Positions 63,439 to 64,000 of a stretch of 64,000 nt of DNA are shown here, in pieces. The notes under the pieces were generated by a model, which saw nothing but the letters and a program-made list of their open reading frames with translations, was not told the DNA's origin and made no database searches. Location of the stretch: NCBI GenBank assembly GCA_002189035.1, contig NEEC01000026.1, positions 186,001 through 250,000 of the forward strand. Direction: 5' to 3'. Both the position numbers and the translations under genes were made by a program. Source of the DNA: Utricularia gibba (taxonomy: Eukaryota; Plantae; Magnoliophyta). How positions within the stretch are numbered: the stretch's first letter is position 1; every line of letters starts with the position of its first letter.

Positions 63439-64000
63439 CACTATACTATGACAATGGATTTGTCCCCAAGTCATATCTAAGACTAACAGTAGTTCAATAA
63501 TTTCTTTTAGCTATCACTTTATTCTATCTGATTTTTTTTTATGGATATTTGCTTCGAGTCTTGCTCTAGTTGGACTTGTTATGGAGGGTTACGGATCAAA
63601 TAATAAATATTTTTCCTTTTCAGGTGGATTAAGGCTGCTGCCGAATTTATTTTTTTTCCAGTAAGTTGTCTTTATTGCAAGAAGGTTAAACGAGTTTTTT
63701 TTCATCTATCGTCATCACAGGTTAATGAACTAAATCAAAAAGTTATATGACTGAAAAAAATGTCTTATACATTGGTATTAATGAAATAAAAACTCATTTT
63801 CTATGTACAAGAATTAAATTAAAGTAAACAAGAAAAGTAAATCACACATGGTTGATTAGTTATCATAGTTTAAAGCAGGCTTACAAAATAAACCAAATGA
63901 GGTTTTTATCATCTATTTAAGTAGATATATTAAACATAAAAAGTGGGAGGTTTAAAAAACAAAGGATTAGTAGTTGATATTTTAGACAATGATGTTAATT

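Noticed and set aside
1-64000. CRISPR arrays, rRNA, intact tRNA or organellar insertions
   Set aside because: No repeat-spacer periodicity or recognisable RNA-gene sequence seen.

Overview
Plant (angiosperm, probably eudicot) nuclear DNA: two small gene islands in an AT-rich sea of nested, decayed transposons. Island 1 (18.4-28.9 kb) holds five tightly packed genes: a half-size ABCG transporter (+), an intronless WNK kinase, a single-pass membrane protein, an NF-YA with a miR169 site, and an hnRNP F/H-like qRRM protein (last four on -). Island 2 (57.2-59.3 kb) holds a DFR/vestitone-reductase-like gene (+) and an orphan XDH last exon fused behind a ~250-bp duplicate of the hnRNP gene's promoter and exon 1 (-). 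The TEs include RT-less Athila-like elements, three LTRs of a second Athila-like family (two solo LTRs with TSDs), a collapsed chromovirus with TSD, MULE remnants and a scrambled Angela-like Copia. Most notable: a near-perfect 128-bp-arm Copia hairpin (candidate 'killer' siRNA locus), the hnRNP-XDH chimera with an exon-1 phase mismatch, and a shared amber stop in the RT-less gag-PR family. No rRNA, intact tRNA or CRISPR array seen. All alignments were done by eye; protein family calls rest on recalled motifs, not database searches.
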